Positions 1 to 9,406 are shown, numbered from the stretch's first letter. The stretch is DNA of 64,000 nucleotides from Patescibacteria group bacterium (GCA_041742135.1 JBGSJG010000008.1:162902-226901), one strand, 5' to 3'. Translations and numbers: made by a program. The notes: a model not told the origin generated them from the letters alone.

Positions 1-489
1 ACTCATGAAGAAAGTGTTCATTTGGTTAATTGGCCGCAGGCTGATGTTAATTCGATAAACAAAGATCTGGAGGAAAAAATGCAATTGGTCCGTGAAATTG
101 TCGAAAAAGCTCACGCTATTCGAAAAGGCAAGCAAATTAAAGTCCGTCAGCCACTTTTGAAAGTTGTTGTAAAAAACAGTTCAAACTTAGAGGCTTTTTA
201 CGAGCTTTTGAAAGATGAACTAAATGTTAAAGGGGTCGATGAAATTCAAGGTAAAGGTGAGCTTGAAGTAGACCTTGTACTTGAGATCACGCCTGATCTT
301 AAAGCAGAAGGTGAAGCTCGAGAGATAGTCCGCCAAATTCAAGACGAAAGAAAGAAGTTGGGAACAAGGCTTGATCAGCAAATTGCAGTGAGTTTGCCTT
401 CTTGGCCAGCCGAGCACGAGGAATACATCAAATCAAAAGCCATAGTTTCTGATTTATCGACAGGAGAATTTAAAGTCACGCCTCAGTAA
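1..489 (+). CDS. ileS: Isoleucyl-tRNA synthetase, type 2, C-terminal part (5' truncated by window)
   Basis: Frame open from base 1 (THEESVHLVNWP); motifs ESVHL, KVRQPL, ELNVK and EGEAREIVRQIQDERK match the type-2 IleRS C-terminus. Confidence 0.9.
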   Translation, partial: THEESVHLVNWPQADVNSINKDLEEKMQLVREIVEKAHAIRKGKQIKVRQPLLKVVVKNSSNLEAFYELLKDELNVKGVDEIQGKGELEVDLVLEITPDLKAEGEAREIVRQIQDERKKLGTRLDQQIAVSLPSWPAEHEEYIKSKAIVSDLSTGEFKVTPQ

Positions 490-1553
490 TGCTTAGGAAC
501 AACTTTTTCTCGGTTTACAAAAATGAGCCGGGGTTGATAGTGGGCTCGATTGGACTCATGGTGATTGGCATTATGACGCTTCGAGCTATCGCGCCTGTTC
601 TTTTTCCTTCTTATTTTGTTTATATTGTTGCTGGAGTTGCGGCTTTCATTTTTTTCTCAAAGATAGACTTTGATATTTTGGGGCTGTTTTGGAAGCATTT
701 CTACATACTTAGCATCGTTTTTTTAATACTGCCTTTGATTATCGGAGAAGTGACTCGCGGAGCTACGCGCTGGATTCAAATTGGCACGATTACTATTCAG
801 CCAACGGAACTTATTAGGCCATTTTTAGTTATATTTTTTGCACATTTTTTGATTAGCCGCGAACTAACTCGTAAAAACTTGATCATAGCTTCAGCGCTTC
901 TGTTTCTCCCAGTGCTTCTGATACTTCTTCAGCCGTCCTTGGGGGTGACAGTTTTGACAATTGCCGGTTTTATTGGCGTTAGCCTCACTCTAAGGTACAA
1001 CAAGCGAATACTGCTTTTTTTGGGTTTGGCAGGTGTGGCACTAAGCCCTTTGTTTTGGTTTATTTTAGCGCCGTATCAAAAAGCGCGCGTGCTTTCGTTG
1101 GTGTCTCCTGTAAGCGATCCAAGCGGGGCTGGGTATAACAGCATCCAGTCAATGATTGCGGTCGGGTCGGGAAAACTGTTTGGTCGGGGGCTCGGGGAGG
1201 GTGTGCAAACTCAGTTATCCTTTTTACCAGAGCGCCATTCTGATTTTATTTTTGCGAGCGTCGCCGAGGAGATGGGGCTTGTGGGAGCAGCGCTTGTAGT
1301 TGTTTTGACGTTTTTCGTTTTGTATAGAATCATCGTGATTTTGGAAAATGCCAAAAATCCCGAAGCTCGTGCATTTGCGGCGGGTATTTTTACTGCGCTT
1401 TTTTTACAAGTTGTTACTCATATTGGTATGAACATGGGGCTACTGCCAATTACCGGCCAACCCTTACCGCTCGTTAGTGCAGGGGGAAGCTCTCTCGTGG
1501 CCACCCTCGCAACCCTCGGAATGCTTATCCAGGTGAAGAAAACTGGGGATTAG
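489..1553 (+). CDS. rodA: SEDS family peptidoglycan glycosyltransferase RodA/FtsW
   Basis: Multi-TM protein with GATRWI, IQPTE, GYNSIQSMIAVGSG, LPERHSDFIF and PITGQPLPLVSAGGSS. Confidence 0.9.
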   Translation: MLRNNFFSVYKNEPGLIVGSIGLMVIGIMTLRAIAPVLFPSYFVYIVAGVAAFIFFSKIDFDILGLFWKHFYILSIVFLILPLIIGEVTRGATRWIQIGTITIQPTELIRPFLVIFFAHFLISRELTRKNLIIASALLFLPVLLILLQPSLGVTVLTIAGFIGVSLTLRYNKRILLFLGLAGVALSPLFWFILAPYQKARVLSLVSPVSDPSGAGYNSIQSMIAVGSGKLFGRGLGEGVQTQLSFLPERHSDFIFASVAEEMGLVGAALVVVLTFFVLYRIIVILENAKNPEARAFAAGIFTALFLQVVTHIGMNMGLLPITGQPLPLVSAGGSSLVATLATLGMLIQVKKTGD

Positions 1554-2446
1554 GCAGCTATTGCCACATTATCTACGTCGAAAGTAATATCAGCCTCCAT
1601 GAACGCTTGGCGCTGCGTTGCGATATGTAGATTTAACTCTTGAAGATTATTAACTTCAGCAAACAAATCAATTAGCACTCTATCAATTCCCTGCCCAGAG
1701 TTTAAGGGATCTGAAACTGCTGAGGAAATTAAATGTATACCTTCTGGAAGGTCAACTTCGCCTCCGCGTGTTCTCCTCGCTAAAGATTCCATCTGCGCTT
1801 GCTCTACCTGACACAAATGCTCCGGATTTGCCAGTCTGAGTTCAGACATAATTGCAAGGGTTTCTTCTTGGAAAAGCCATTCTGATTGTTCAAGTGAAAG
1901 TCTGTCTTCCTCGTTCTTCTCGCCACGCTCAAATCTTGCTCTAGCCTCTGTCAGTCTTTGGAAGTGCGATTTGTGATATGGATTTAAAAAGACTTGAGTT
2001 GCTTCTGCTTGTTTTGCAGCAGATGTCGCAAAATTAGCTGCATTTGCTCGATTAGCTTCAGACCCATACAAAAACGCATTTTTTTTGTCGAGTGGAGTAT
2101 TTTCATGCTGGAACTCATGCACAAGCACTCCAAAGAGAACTATTGGTTTTAGGTTCTCTTTGTGTTTGTAAATATCAAGAGTCCCTTCATCCTCTCCTCT
2201 ATAAGTAAATGAACCTAATACATCCTTTGTCTCACGAGTATTCGATGAACTTCGAAGCCGGCTAATATTGTCAACGGGAAAACCTAGCTGAGCAGCACGA
2301 TCCTTTATCCACCCAGAATTACGCCCAAAGCCAACAACTTCGACGTTTTCATCTAAGTGCCTCCTCCGCTCAGCTTGCCCTTCAGCGCGCTTGCGCGAGA
2401 CAGCAAGGTCTTCGATGTACCTAGTACCATTTGTCCGTTCAGACAT
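1550..2446 (-). CDS. Orphan protein with HEXXH zinc-metallopeptidase motif
   Basis: LVHEFQHE plus a distal EE (FQEETLA). Start moved to ATG 2446 (MSERTNG), 6 nt after TGC-TATAAT. Confidence 0.6.
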   Translation of the reverse strand: MSERTNGTRYIEDLAVSRKRAEGQAERRRHLDENVEVVGFGRNSGWIKDRAAQLGFPVDNISRLRSSSNTRETKDVLGSFTYRGEDEGTLDIYKHKENLKPIVLFGVLVHEFQHENTPLDKKNAFLYGSEANRANAANFATSAAKQAEATQVFLNPYHKSHFQRLTEARARFERGEKNEEDRLSLEQSEWLFQEETLAIMSELRLANPEHLCQVEQAQMESLARRTRGGEVDLPEGIHLISSAVSDPLNSGQGIDRVLIDLFAEVNNLQELNLHIATQRQAFMEADITFDVDNVAIAA

Positions 2447-2466
2447 CGAGGTATTATAGCAAAAAC

Positions 2467-2495
2467 TTGTATTTGCCGCCATTTCCGGCTAAAAT
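2467..2495 (+). promoter_or_regulatory. sigma70-type promoter of rplU (leaderless)
   Basis: TTGTAT-N17-TAAAAT, 7 nt before ATG 2503. Confidence 0.6.
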
Positions 2496-2502
2496 ACACT
2501 TC

Positions 2503-2805
2503 ATGAACTACGCAGTTATTCGTATCAACAAGGCACAGTATAAAGTAACCGAGGGCGAGGAAATTTTGGTGGACAAACTTCCAGAAGATGACAAGCTTGA
2601 AGCTGAAGTTCTTCTTGTTCGAACTGATTCAGAAACTAAAGTCGGTGATCCTGTTGTTGCCGGTGCTAAAGTTACACTCAAGAGGCTTACTGAAGAAAAA
2701 GGTGTGAAAATTCACGTTTTTAAGTACAAATCTAAGTCTCGCTACAGAAAGAAAATTGGTTCAAGAGCGAAATTTACGAAGCTTCTAGTAGAAAAGATTA
2801 AATAG
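2503..2805 (+). CDS. rplU: 50S ribosomal protein L21
   Basis: MNYAVIR...QYKV...KIHVFKYKSKSRYRKKIG; true start is ATG 2503. Confidence 0.95.
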   Translation: MNYAVIRINKAQYKVTEGEEILVDKLPEDDKLEAEVLLVRTDSETKVGDPVVAGAKVTLKRLTEEKGVKIHVFKYKSKSRYRKKIGSRAKFTKLLVEKIK

Positions 2806-2834
2806 TCTACATCAATATATATAGAAGTGATCTC

Positions 2835-2863
2835 TTGACATGTGTGAAAACTTTATCTAAACT
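2835..2863 (+). promoter_or_regulatory. sigma70-type promoter of rpmA-parB (leaderless)
   Basis: TTGACA-N17-TAAACT, 6 nt before ATG 2870. Confidence 0.75.
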
Positions 2864-2869
2864 TTAAAT

Positions 2870-3118
2870 ATGTCTCATCATAAAGCAGGTGGTAGTAAAG
2901 CCAGCCAACATATTAGCCCAAAAGGTAAGCGTCTTGGCGTAAAGCTTTCCGATGGTCAGCCTGTTAAGCCGGGAATGATTTTAGTTCGTCAACTAGGCAC
3001 AGTTTACAAAGCTGGCAAAGGCGTCGGAGTCGGCCGTGATCATTCGCTTTTTGCTCTTTTGGAAGGGAAAGTTAAATTTGAAAGTTCGTTGGGCAAGAAA
3101 ACAATTACGATAGTTTAA
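2870..3118 (+). CDS. rpmA: 50S ribosomal protein L27
   Basis: [31 protein letters not shown]. Confidence 0.95.
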   Translation: MSHHKAGGSKASQHISPKGKRLGVKLSDGQPVKPGMILVRQLGTVYKAGKGVGVGRDHSLFALLEGKVKFESSLGKKTITIV

Positions 3119-3119
3119 T

Positions 3120-3965
3120 ATGGCCGAAGAGATTATTCAGATCCCAGTAGAGGAACTCCAACCAAATCCTCTACAGCCTCGAGGTGTTATTACCCCAGAA
3201 AGTTTGGTCGACTTAGTAGATTCTATCAAAGAGCATGGAATTTTGGAGCCTTTAGTTGTTGCCAAAACTCCGGCGGGTTTTCAAATTATCGCAGGCGAAA
3301 GGCGATGGCGCGCTTCAAAGCTCGCTGGGCTTACACATGTTCCTGTAGTTGTCCGAGAAACAAGTCCTAAGGGCATGCTTGAGATGGCTTTGGTTGAAAA
3401 TGTTCAGAGAGTTGATCTTAATGCGCTTGACCGTGCCAAGGGATTTGAACGCCTTATGAATGAATTTAGCTTAACAACAAGCGAAATTGCCGCAAGAATC
3501 GGAAAATCTGTAGCTTATGTATCAAATTCCATGCGTCTCCTGGCTCTTCCAGACGCCCTTAAAGATGGTCTCTTGTCTCAGTTGATATCCGAAGGCCATG
3601 CTAGGGCCCTCGCGTCAATTGATGACCAGTCTTTGGTAATTGAAGCTTATAAAATAATTCTTCGTGAAAATGGATCAGTACGGCGAGCCGAGGATTTGGC
3701 TCGTAGAATGCGTGCAAAAGCAGGGGAGGGACCAAAGCCCAAGTCTCAACAGCGCCATATGCATATGATTTCTGAGGAAATCGACAATATGCAGGCAGCA
3801 CTTTTGAATTCGCTGGCGGGGGACAACGATGCTGTGAAAACTCAAGTGAAACTAATGCGCTCAAGAAGCCAGACCAAAATTACATTTGTCTTTAAAGGAA
3901 CCCCAGAAGAAACAGAAGAAAGACTTCAAAGAATATACCACGGAGTTGTTCCTTCTCAAGGCTAA
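3120..3965 (+). CDS. parB: ParB/Spo0J chromosome partitioning protein
   Basis: PNPLQPR, IIAGERRWRAS, ALVENVQR, HTH (IAARIGKSVAYVSN), SEGHARAL. Confidence 0.93.
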   Translation: MAEEIIQIPVEELQPNPLQPRGVITPESLVDLVDSIKEHGILEPLVVAKTPAGFQIIAGERRWRASKLAGLTHVPVVVRETSPKGMLEMALVENVQRVDLNALDRAKGFERLMNEFSLTTSEIAARIGKSVAYVSNSMRLLALPDALKDGLLSQLISEGHARALASIDDQSLVIEAYKIILRENGSVRRAEDLARRMRAKAGEGPKPKSQQRHMHMISEEIDNMQAALLNSLAGDNDAVKTQVKLMRSRSQTKITFVFKGTPEETEERLQRIYHGVVPSQG

Positions 3966-3977
3966 GCCTTAATTTTT

Positions 3978-4532
3978 TTAGAAGAAATAAACAGGAGACT
4001 TCACTGTTCCAGCTTCAGTTACAGGCCAATAAACAAGCCATGCGCGGCCGGTGATGTATTGCCTTTCAACCGTACCAATGCTTCGAGAATCAAGAGAATG
4101 ATCTCGATTATCGCCAAGGACAAAGTATGAATCTTCAGGGACTTTGACAACTTCGCCCTCTGGGGTAAAGCGCCCCGCCATTATGTAAGTGTCGCTAGGC
4201 AAATACTTTTCTTCGAGAGCTCGCCCGTTGACGTAAACTTTTCCACCTTCCACTTTAATTTCTTCGCCTGGGAGGCCGATTATTCGTTTGATGAATTCAT
4301 CACTATAGCTGGGAGGCGCCCTAAAAACCACAACATCCCCACGCTTAGGCTCTCCAAGGCGATAGCTTACTTTATCGGTAAGTAAATACTCGCCATCATG
4401 AAAATTTGGCTCCATCGAGGCACCCTTTATTTTGTGTGGTTGGAGAATTAAAAGATATACGAACAAGAAAATCGAGATCGCAAAAACGACAACCTGAAGA
4501 AGCTCGAGGACAAATGATGTTAATTTTTGCAT
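3978..4532 (-). CDS. lepB: Signal peptidase I
   Basis: GASMEPN (Ser), FIKRIIGLPG (Lys), GDNRDHSLDSR; ATG 4532 follows TATAAT. Confidence 0.95.
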   Translation of the reverse strand: MQKLTSFVLELLQVVVFAISIFLFVYLLILQPHKIKGASMEPNFHDGEYLLTDKVSYRLGEPKRGDVVVFRAPPSYSDEFIKRIIGLPGEEIKVEGGKVYVNGRALEEKYLPSDTYIMAGRFTPEGEVVKVPEDSYFVLGDNRDHSLDSRSIGTVERQYITGRAWLVYWPVTEAGTVKSPVYFF

Positions 4533-4595
4533 ACTCAAACATTATAGTATTCTAGGCCCTGCCTCTCAAGCCCGGCTTTGGTATAATAGGCGTAA

Positions 4596-4669
4596 GGTCG
4601 ATTAGCTCAGTTGGTTAGAGCGTTGCATTCACATTGCAAAGGCCGAAGGTTCGAGTCCTTCATCGACCA
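4596..4669 (+). tRNA. tRNA-Val(CAC), CCA not encoded
   Basis: Acceptor GGTCGAT/ATCGACC, anticodon arm TTGCA-TT-CAC-AT-TGCAA, T arm GAAGG-TTCGAGT-CCTTC; TG-G-TATAAT at 4579-4587. Confidence 0.95.
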
Positions 4670-4697
4670 CACTCGAAGCATTTGATATTATTGTCCA

Positions 4698-5918
4698 GTG
4701 GGATACTTCAAAACTGCAGTCTACGGCGTAAGTTGGGTAGGGGCTTTTCGAATGTCGACACGGGGCATTGCGTTTGTGCGCACTTTGATCTTGGCTCGCA
4801 TACTTAGTCCAACTGATTTCGGAATTTTTGGCATTGCTTCGCTAGTAATAGTTTTTTTGGAAATATTAACCGAAACGGGGATTAACGTCTTCTTGATTCA
4901 GCGCAAAGAACCAATAGACAAATACTTGGGAACAGCCTGGATTGTGTCAATCGCTCGCGGTATCGCGATATTTTTAGTGATTCTTGCATTAGCATCGCCC
5001 GTTTCAGTGTTTTTTAATTCACCCCAGAGCAAAAACGCCATAGAGCTCATAAGCTTGGTCGCACTGATTCGGGGCTTCATAAATCCCGCAATTGTGAACT
5101 TTCAGAAAGATCTCCGTTTTTCAAGCGAGTTTTGGTTTAAGTTTGTTGTTTTTATGTTTGATTCTACTGTCGCCGTAGCTTTGGCTGTCCATCTTGGATC
5201 TGCAATCGGAATTGTTTGGGGTTTAGTCGCCGGAGCAGTGCTTGAACTCGTGATGTCATATTTATTTGTCCGCCCATGGCCAAGACTGGCGTTTGCCAAA
5301 AGCCAACTGCGAGAAATAGTTTCAAAAGGTAAATGGCTTACGGGAGCTGGAATTTTTCAATTTCTTTTTAGGCAAGGCGACGATGCTGTGGTGGGGAAGA
5401 TGCTCGGAGAAGGCTCGCTCGGCATTTACCAGGTAGCATACAAAATCGCGACGCTTCCAATCTCTGAGGTAACTGATGTTGTAGGCAGAGTCACATTACC
5501 CGTATATGTAAAGATTTCTGGCGATACAGTGAGGCTTAGGAAAGCATTTTTCAAGAGCACAGCGGTTATTTCGCTACTCGCACTTGCCTTAGGTACAATT
5601 TTACTGATTTTTGGTGAATTTATTGTCAATGTATTTTTGGGGCCTTCTTGGGTAGAAATTGTTCCTCTGATTAAAATTCTGGTAGTTTTTGGTGTAATTC
5701 AAGCAATTACAAATTCTTTCAACTCTTTAATGTTGGCGCAGGGGAAGCAAAAGTTTGTAAGTGCGGTGACACTGCTTAACATTTTTGGTTTGGCGATCTC
5801 AATAATTCCATTGACTCAAAACTTCGGATTACAAGGTGCTGCTCTTTCTCCCTTGGTGGGTAGTGTATTAGGCTTGCCTGTTGCCGTATATTTAACCAAC
5901 AAATGCTTACGAGCGTAA
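4698..5918 (+). CDS. Polysaccharide flippase (Wzx/PST family)
   Basis: About 12 TM segments, LARILSPTDFGIFG, GIYQVAYKIA; GTG start 6 nt after TGA-TATTAT. Confidence 0.85.
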   Translation: MGYFKTAVYGVSWVGAFRMSTRGIAFVRTLILARILSPTDFGIFGIASLVIVFLEILTETGINVFLIQRKEPIDKYLGTAWIVSIARGIAIFLVILALASPVSVFFNSPQSKNAIELISLVALIRGFINPAIVNFQKDLRFSSEFWFKFVVFMFDSTVAVALAVHLGSAIGIVWGLVAGAVLELVMSYLFVRPWPRLAFAKSQLREIVSKGKWLTGAGIFQFLFRQGDDAVVGKMLGEGSLGIYQVAYKIATLPISEVTDVVGRVTLPVYVKISGDTVRLRKAFFKSTAVISLLALALGTILLIFGEFIVNVFLGPSWVEIVPLIKILVVFGVIQAITNSFNSLMLAQGKQKFVSAVTLLNIFGLAISIIPLTQNFGLQGAALSPLVGSVLGLPVAVYLTNKCLRA

Positions 5919-6658
5919 TAATAGCCAAAAACGAAGAAGCCACTATAGCCAAAAGGCTGAAAGAGCTTTCTTTTTGTGATGAAAAAATTGTAATAGACGA
6001 TTATTCAAGTGACAAGACGATCGAGATTGCAAAACAAAACGCTGCAAAGGTGTACAAAAGACATTTAAATGGAGATTTTTCCGCTCAGAGAAACTTTGCG
6101 CTTACTCGGGCAAAAGGGGATTGGGTACTTTTTGTCGACGCTGACGAGTCGGTGAATTCGTCGCTTCGGGCAGAAATTAAAACGGCAGTAGAAAGCAAAT
6201 CGTGTGATGGCTATTATTTAAGACGTCAAGATAGTTTTGTGGGCCGCAATCTTACGGCGGGAGATTGGGGAGAGAAGAAACTGTTGAGACTTGCCAGAAA
6301 AAATGCTGGTACTTGGAGGCGAGCGGTGCACGAAGGGTGGGAGGTAAGCGGAAAAATAGGAACGCTTACTGCCCCACTACTCCACTCCCCTTTCGAAAAC
6401 TTACATGATTTTTTTAATAAAATAAGTTTTTACTTTCCCATCCACGCCATAAGTAACGCTCAGGAAGGCAAAAATGCGAATTTTTTTAAAATTATTTTTA
6501 TGCCTTTTGCTAAGTTTGTTTGGGTTTTTGTGATTAAAAGGGGATTAACAGACGGCACTCACGGGTTTGTGTATGCTACAGGAATGTCATTTCACTCGTT
6601 TTTGGCTTGGAGTAGTTTATGGCTAGAATCACGAAATCAAAAATCCAGGACGCGCTAA
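5903..6658 (+). CDS. Glycosyltransferase family 2
   Basis: IIAKNEE, VIDDYSSD, FSAQRNFAL, LFVDADE, VHE. Confidence 0.9.
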   Translation: MLTSVIIAKNEEATIAKRLKELSFCDEKIVIDDYSSDKTIEIAKQNAAKVYKRHLNGDFSAQRNFALTRAKGDWVLFVDADESVNSSLRAEIKTAVESKSCDGYYLRRQDSFVGRNLTAGDWGEKKLLRLARKNAGTWRRAVHEGWEVSGKIGTLTAPLLHSPFENLHDFFNKISFYFPIHAISNAQEGKNANFFKIIFMPFAKFVWVFVIKRGLTDGTHGFVYATGMSFHSFLAWSSLWLESRNQKSRTR

Positions 6659-7764
6659 CGCTATTAACTTTGGCAATTTTCCCACTAGGCCAATTGCCAG
6701 GGGTATTAATGCAAAACATTCTTGCGACCGGCTTTCGTATCCACTTGCTTGACGTTTTAGCACTCTCACTTTTGATTTCATATCTTGACCGTAATTCCTT
6801 GGTTAAGCTTAAAAAAATGCTGCTGCCAACTGTCGCAGTCCTTGTGTTCTCGTCACTATTGTCACTTGCGACTGGGTTTTTTGGCTTTGAAGGGATGATG
6901 TATTTAGTTAGGCTCTTGGTTTATCTGAGTTTGTTTGTGGTTTTTCCAAAACGTAATTTAGCCACACCCCTACTTCTGACTAGTATTGTCCTGGCCTGTT
7001 TTGGATGGCTTCAGTACTTTGTTTTTGCCGATCTTACGGCGCTTAAGTATTTTGGCTGGGATGATCATTATTTCAGAATGGTCTCGACATTTTTGGACCC
7101 AGCATTCTTCGGAGTTCTAATGGTTTTGTTTACACTTCTTTCAATTGAGCGCTTTATAAAAACTCGAAGTGCAGTGTTTGTAGCAACTTCATTATTTCTG
7201 TTAACCACACTGGCTTTTACTTACTCTAGGGCAAGCTTCCTAGCTTTTGCACTTGGAGTAATAATTTTACTCTGGCGTAGGCAAAAATTACTCATACTGG
7301 GTTTTATAGCGTTTTTAGTTTTAATAGTAAACCTGCTCCCAGTGAGCCCCGGCGGGGAAGGAGTTAATTTAGCCCGAACTAATTCGATTTACCAAAAAAT
7401 TGATAACTACCGCGAAAGCGCGCAAATAATCGGACTTTCTCCTGTTTTTGGTGTGGGCTTTAACAACGTCTGTACAGCAAAAAATGAGCGTGGTTTTGTG
7501 TCAGGTGTCAATTCGTGCCACGGATTGGATAATAGTGTTTTGTTTACTCTGGCAACAACTGGAGTTGTCGGTTTGGCAATCATATCGCTTTTCATCGCGA
7601 AAACTATGAAAAGTGCAATTTTAGCTTCTAGTCGAGGCTTAATAACATCATCGATGTCTGCAGTTTTACTACATTCCATGTTTTCTAACACCGCCTATTA
7701 TCCCTGGGTATTGTTTTATTTAGTAATATTACTTAGCTCAGAAGAGTTTATTGAGCGTAAGTGA
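6619..7764 (+). CDS. O-antigen ligase/polymerase-like membrane protein (WaaL/Wzy_C)
   Basis: Multi-TM; RMVSTFLDP, TYSRAS, PVFGVGFN, LATTGVVG. Confidence 0.75.
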   Translation: MARITKSKIQDALTLLTLAIFPLGQLPGVLMQNILATGFRIHLLDVLALSLLISYLDRNSLVKLKKMLLPTVAVLVFSSLLSLATGFFGFEGMMYLVRLLVYLSLFVVFPKRNLATPLLLTSIVLACFGWLQYFVFADLTALKYFGWDDHYFRMVSTFLDPAFFGVLMVLFTLLSIERFIKTRSAVFVATSLFLLTTLAFTYSRASFLAFALGVIILLWRRQKLLILGFIAFLVLIVNLLPVSPGGEGVNLARTNSIYQKIDNYRESAQIIGLSPVFGVGFNNVCTAKNERGFVSGVNSCHGLDNSVLFTLATTGVVGLAIISLFIAKTMKSAILASSRGLITSSMSAVLLHSMFSNTAYYPWVLFYLVILLSSEEFIERK

Positions 7765-8467
7765 GCTTAAGTTCCAGCTCGGTTTTGTTCCCCGCCTCGT
7801 CAGTTGCCACAATTTTAAATATATTTTCTCCACCTTGAAGTGTTACGGGGAAGTTAAACTTGCCGTCGCTTCTGACGATCGCGATTCTGTCGTTTATTGT
7901 TACACGAGCATGTTGCTCGGATTGACCTTCGATTTGGATGTTTTTTTGATTTTGGCCAAATAAGCTTTTTCCGTTTTCTGGGGAAATAAGCTCAAGCACA
8001 GGCTCGGTCTTGTCTAAAACCACAGTAAATTTATCAGTTTCGGTGCTTTTTTGGCCTCTGTTGTCTTCAACTTGAGCATAAAGTGAATTTTCTCCGAGGC
8101 TTAAGTCAAACACGCTTGTGAACTCGCCATTTGCATTTGCGAGTACTTCTGTTTTGTCGTTATTAAAGAAGATGATTACATTCTGGCCAGCCTTAGTAGT
8201 CCCAGTAACTTTGAGCTTGTCTTGGTTTGTGTTTTTAGGAAGGGTGTTAATTGCTGGCGGCGGTGGCGGAGGAGTATTTGCAGTGTAGTCAACTCCAGAG
8301 CGCGTGATGTTGCCAGTCAAGCTTGTGAGCTTTGAAAGCGCGGGCACGCCAAAAATAGCCAATAAACCCACGGCAGCCACAGTCAGCACTATATAAAAAG
8401 CAGTTGACTTTACTGCTCGCCGTTCTTCAAGACGTTTTAGCCTGGATGGACGTGTGTTGTATGCCAT
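7748..8467 (-). CDS. Membrane-anchored protein with two bacterial Ig-like domains
   Basis: N-terminal TM, poly-Pro linker, two beta-rich repeats (GEF..LSLGEN / GKF..LQGGEN..ATDEAGN). Confidence 0.7.
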   Translation of the reverse strand: MAYNTRPSRLKRLEERRAVKSTAFYIVLTVAAVGLLAIFGVPALSKLTSLTGNITRSGVDYTANTPPPPPPAINTLPKNTNQDKLKVTGTTKAGQNVIIFFNNDKTEVLANANGEFTSVFDLSLGENSLYAQVEDNRGQKSTETDKFTVVLDKTEPVLELISPENGKSLFGQNQKNIQIEGQSEQHARVTINDRIAIVRSDGKFNFPVTLQGGENIFKIVATDEAGNKTELELKLTYAQ

Positions 8468-8473
8468 ATGATG

Positions 8474-8546
8474 AGCCTACGGTCGGATTCGAACCGACGA
8501 CCCACGGTTTACGATACCGTTGCTCTACCAACTGAGCTACGTAGGC
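8474..8546 (-). tRNA. tRNA-Thr(CGT), CCA not encoded
   Basis: Reverse strand GCCTACG...ACGGT-AT-CGT-AA-ACCGT...GTCGG-TTCGAAT-CCGAC-CGTAGGC-T. Confidence 0.95.
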
Positions 8547-8579
8547 AATCTGCCATGATTGTAGCACAGCCACAAATTG

Positions 8580-8650
8580 AGCGGGATACGGGAGTCGAAC
8601 CCGTCTCTCCACCTTGGGAAGGTGGCATTGAGCCGCTCAACTAATCCCGC
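8580..8650 (-). tRNA. tRNA-Gly(CCC), CCA not encoded
   Basis: Reverse strand GCGGGAT...CCACC-TT-CCC-AA-GGTGG...ACGGG-TTCGACT-CCCGT-ATCCCGC-T. Confidence 0.92.
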
Positions 8651-8677
8651 CTAAGTAAGATATTATATCAAAACTAC

Positions 8678-9376
8678 TTACAAGGCTGGGATTGTCAGCA
8701 CGTTACCTGCGTGAATTACACGAGGATTAACCAATTCATTTGCACTAGCAATTTCAGTCCATTTAAAGCCGTCTCCGTAAGCTGCTTCTGCAATGTCCCA
8801 CAAATTATCTCCGTGGACCACTGTGTACTCACTTCCTGCTTGAATGCTTGTCGTTGCCTCACCTATAACTGCTTCAGGTTGAGCTGTAATTTCTGGCTCA
8901 ACTTGGGCAATTGGTGCTAAGGTAGCGATTGGGCTTGGGCTAGGAGTAACTGTAGGTTCCGGTGTGATAGTGACAGCAGGTGTAGCTTCGGGAGCTTCGG
9001 GAGTAGTATTAGCTTCGGCCAAAGTATCTGTTATTGAGCGTACTTCGACGTCAGGTATTACTAATTCTTGTCCCTCAGCAATGTCATTTGGATTATTTAT
9101 GCTGTTTGCGTCCCTGATGTCAACCCAGTTGTACCCTGAACCATAAACCTTTTCCGAGATGCTCCATAGAGAGTCACCTGCGGCAACAGTGTATGAATCT
9201 GGCCTTCCTGCTTCTTCAGTTTGAGCGCCAGAAGGGAACGTTTGTCCCTCATCAAGGTTTCTGAAGTAGTTAACGACCAAAAGACCAACAACGACTATAA
9301 CTAGAAAGCCTAGAATTGTGCTAATTGTTGATTCGTGTAGTTTTAAATTTTTAAGAAAATCTTTTATTGCACTCAC
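8678..9376 (-). CDS. Membrane-anchored protein with two LysM peptidoglycan-binding domains
   Basis: YTVAAGDSLWSIS and YTVVHGDNLWDIA separated by a Pro/Thr/Glu linker; N-terminal TM. Start codon uncertain (see findings). Confidence 0.9.
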   Translation of the reverse strand: MSAIKDFLKNLKLHESTISTILGFLVIVVVGLLVVNYFRNLDEGQTFPSGAQTEEAGRPDSYTVAAGDSLWSISEKVYGSGYNWVDIRDANSINNPNDIAEGQELVIPDVEVRSITDTLAEANTTPEAPEATPAVTITPEPTVTPSPSPIATLAPIAQVEPEITAQPEAVIGEATTSIQAGSEYTVVHGDNLWDIAEAAYGDGFKWTEIASANELVNPRVIHAGNVLTIPAL

Positions 9377-9406
9377 CCCCTCAAACGGGGCAGTTTAAGT
9401 TCACTG

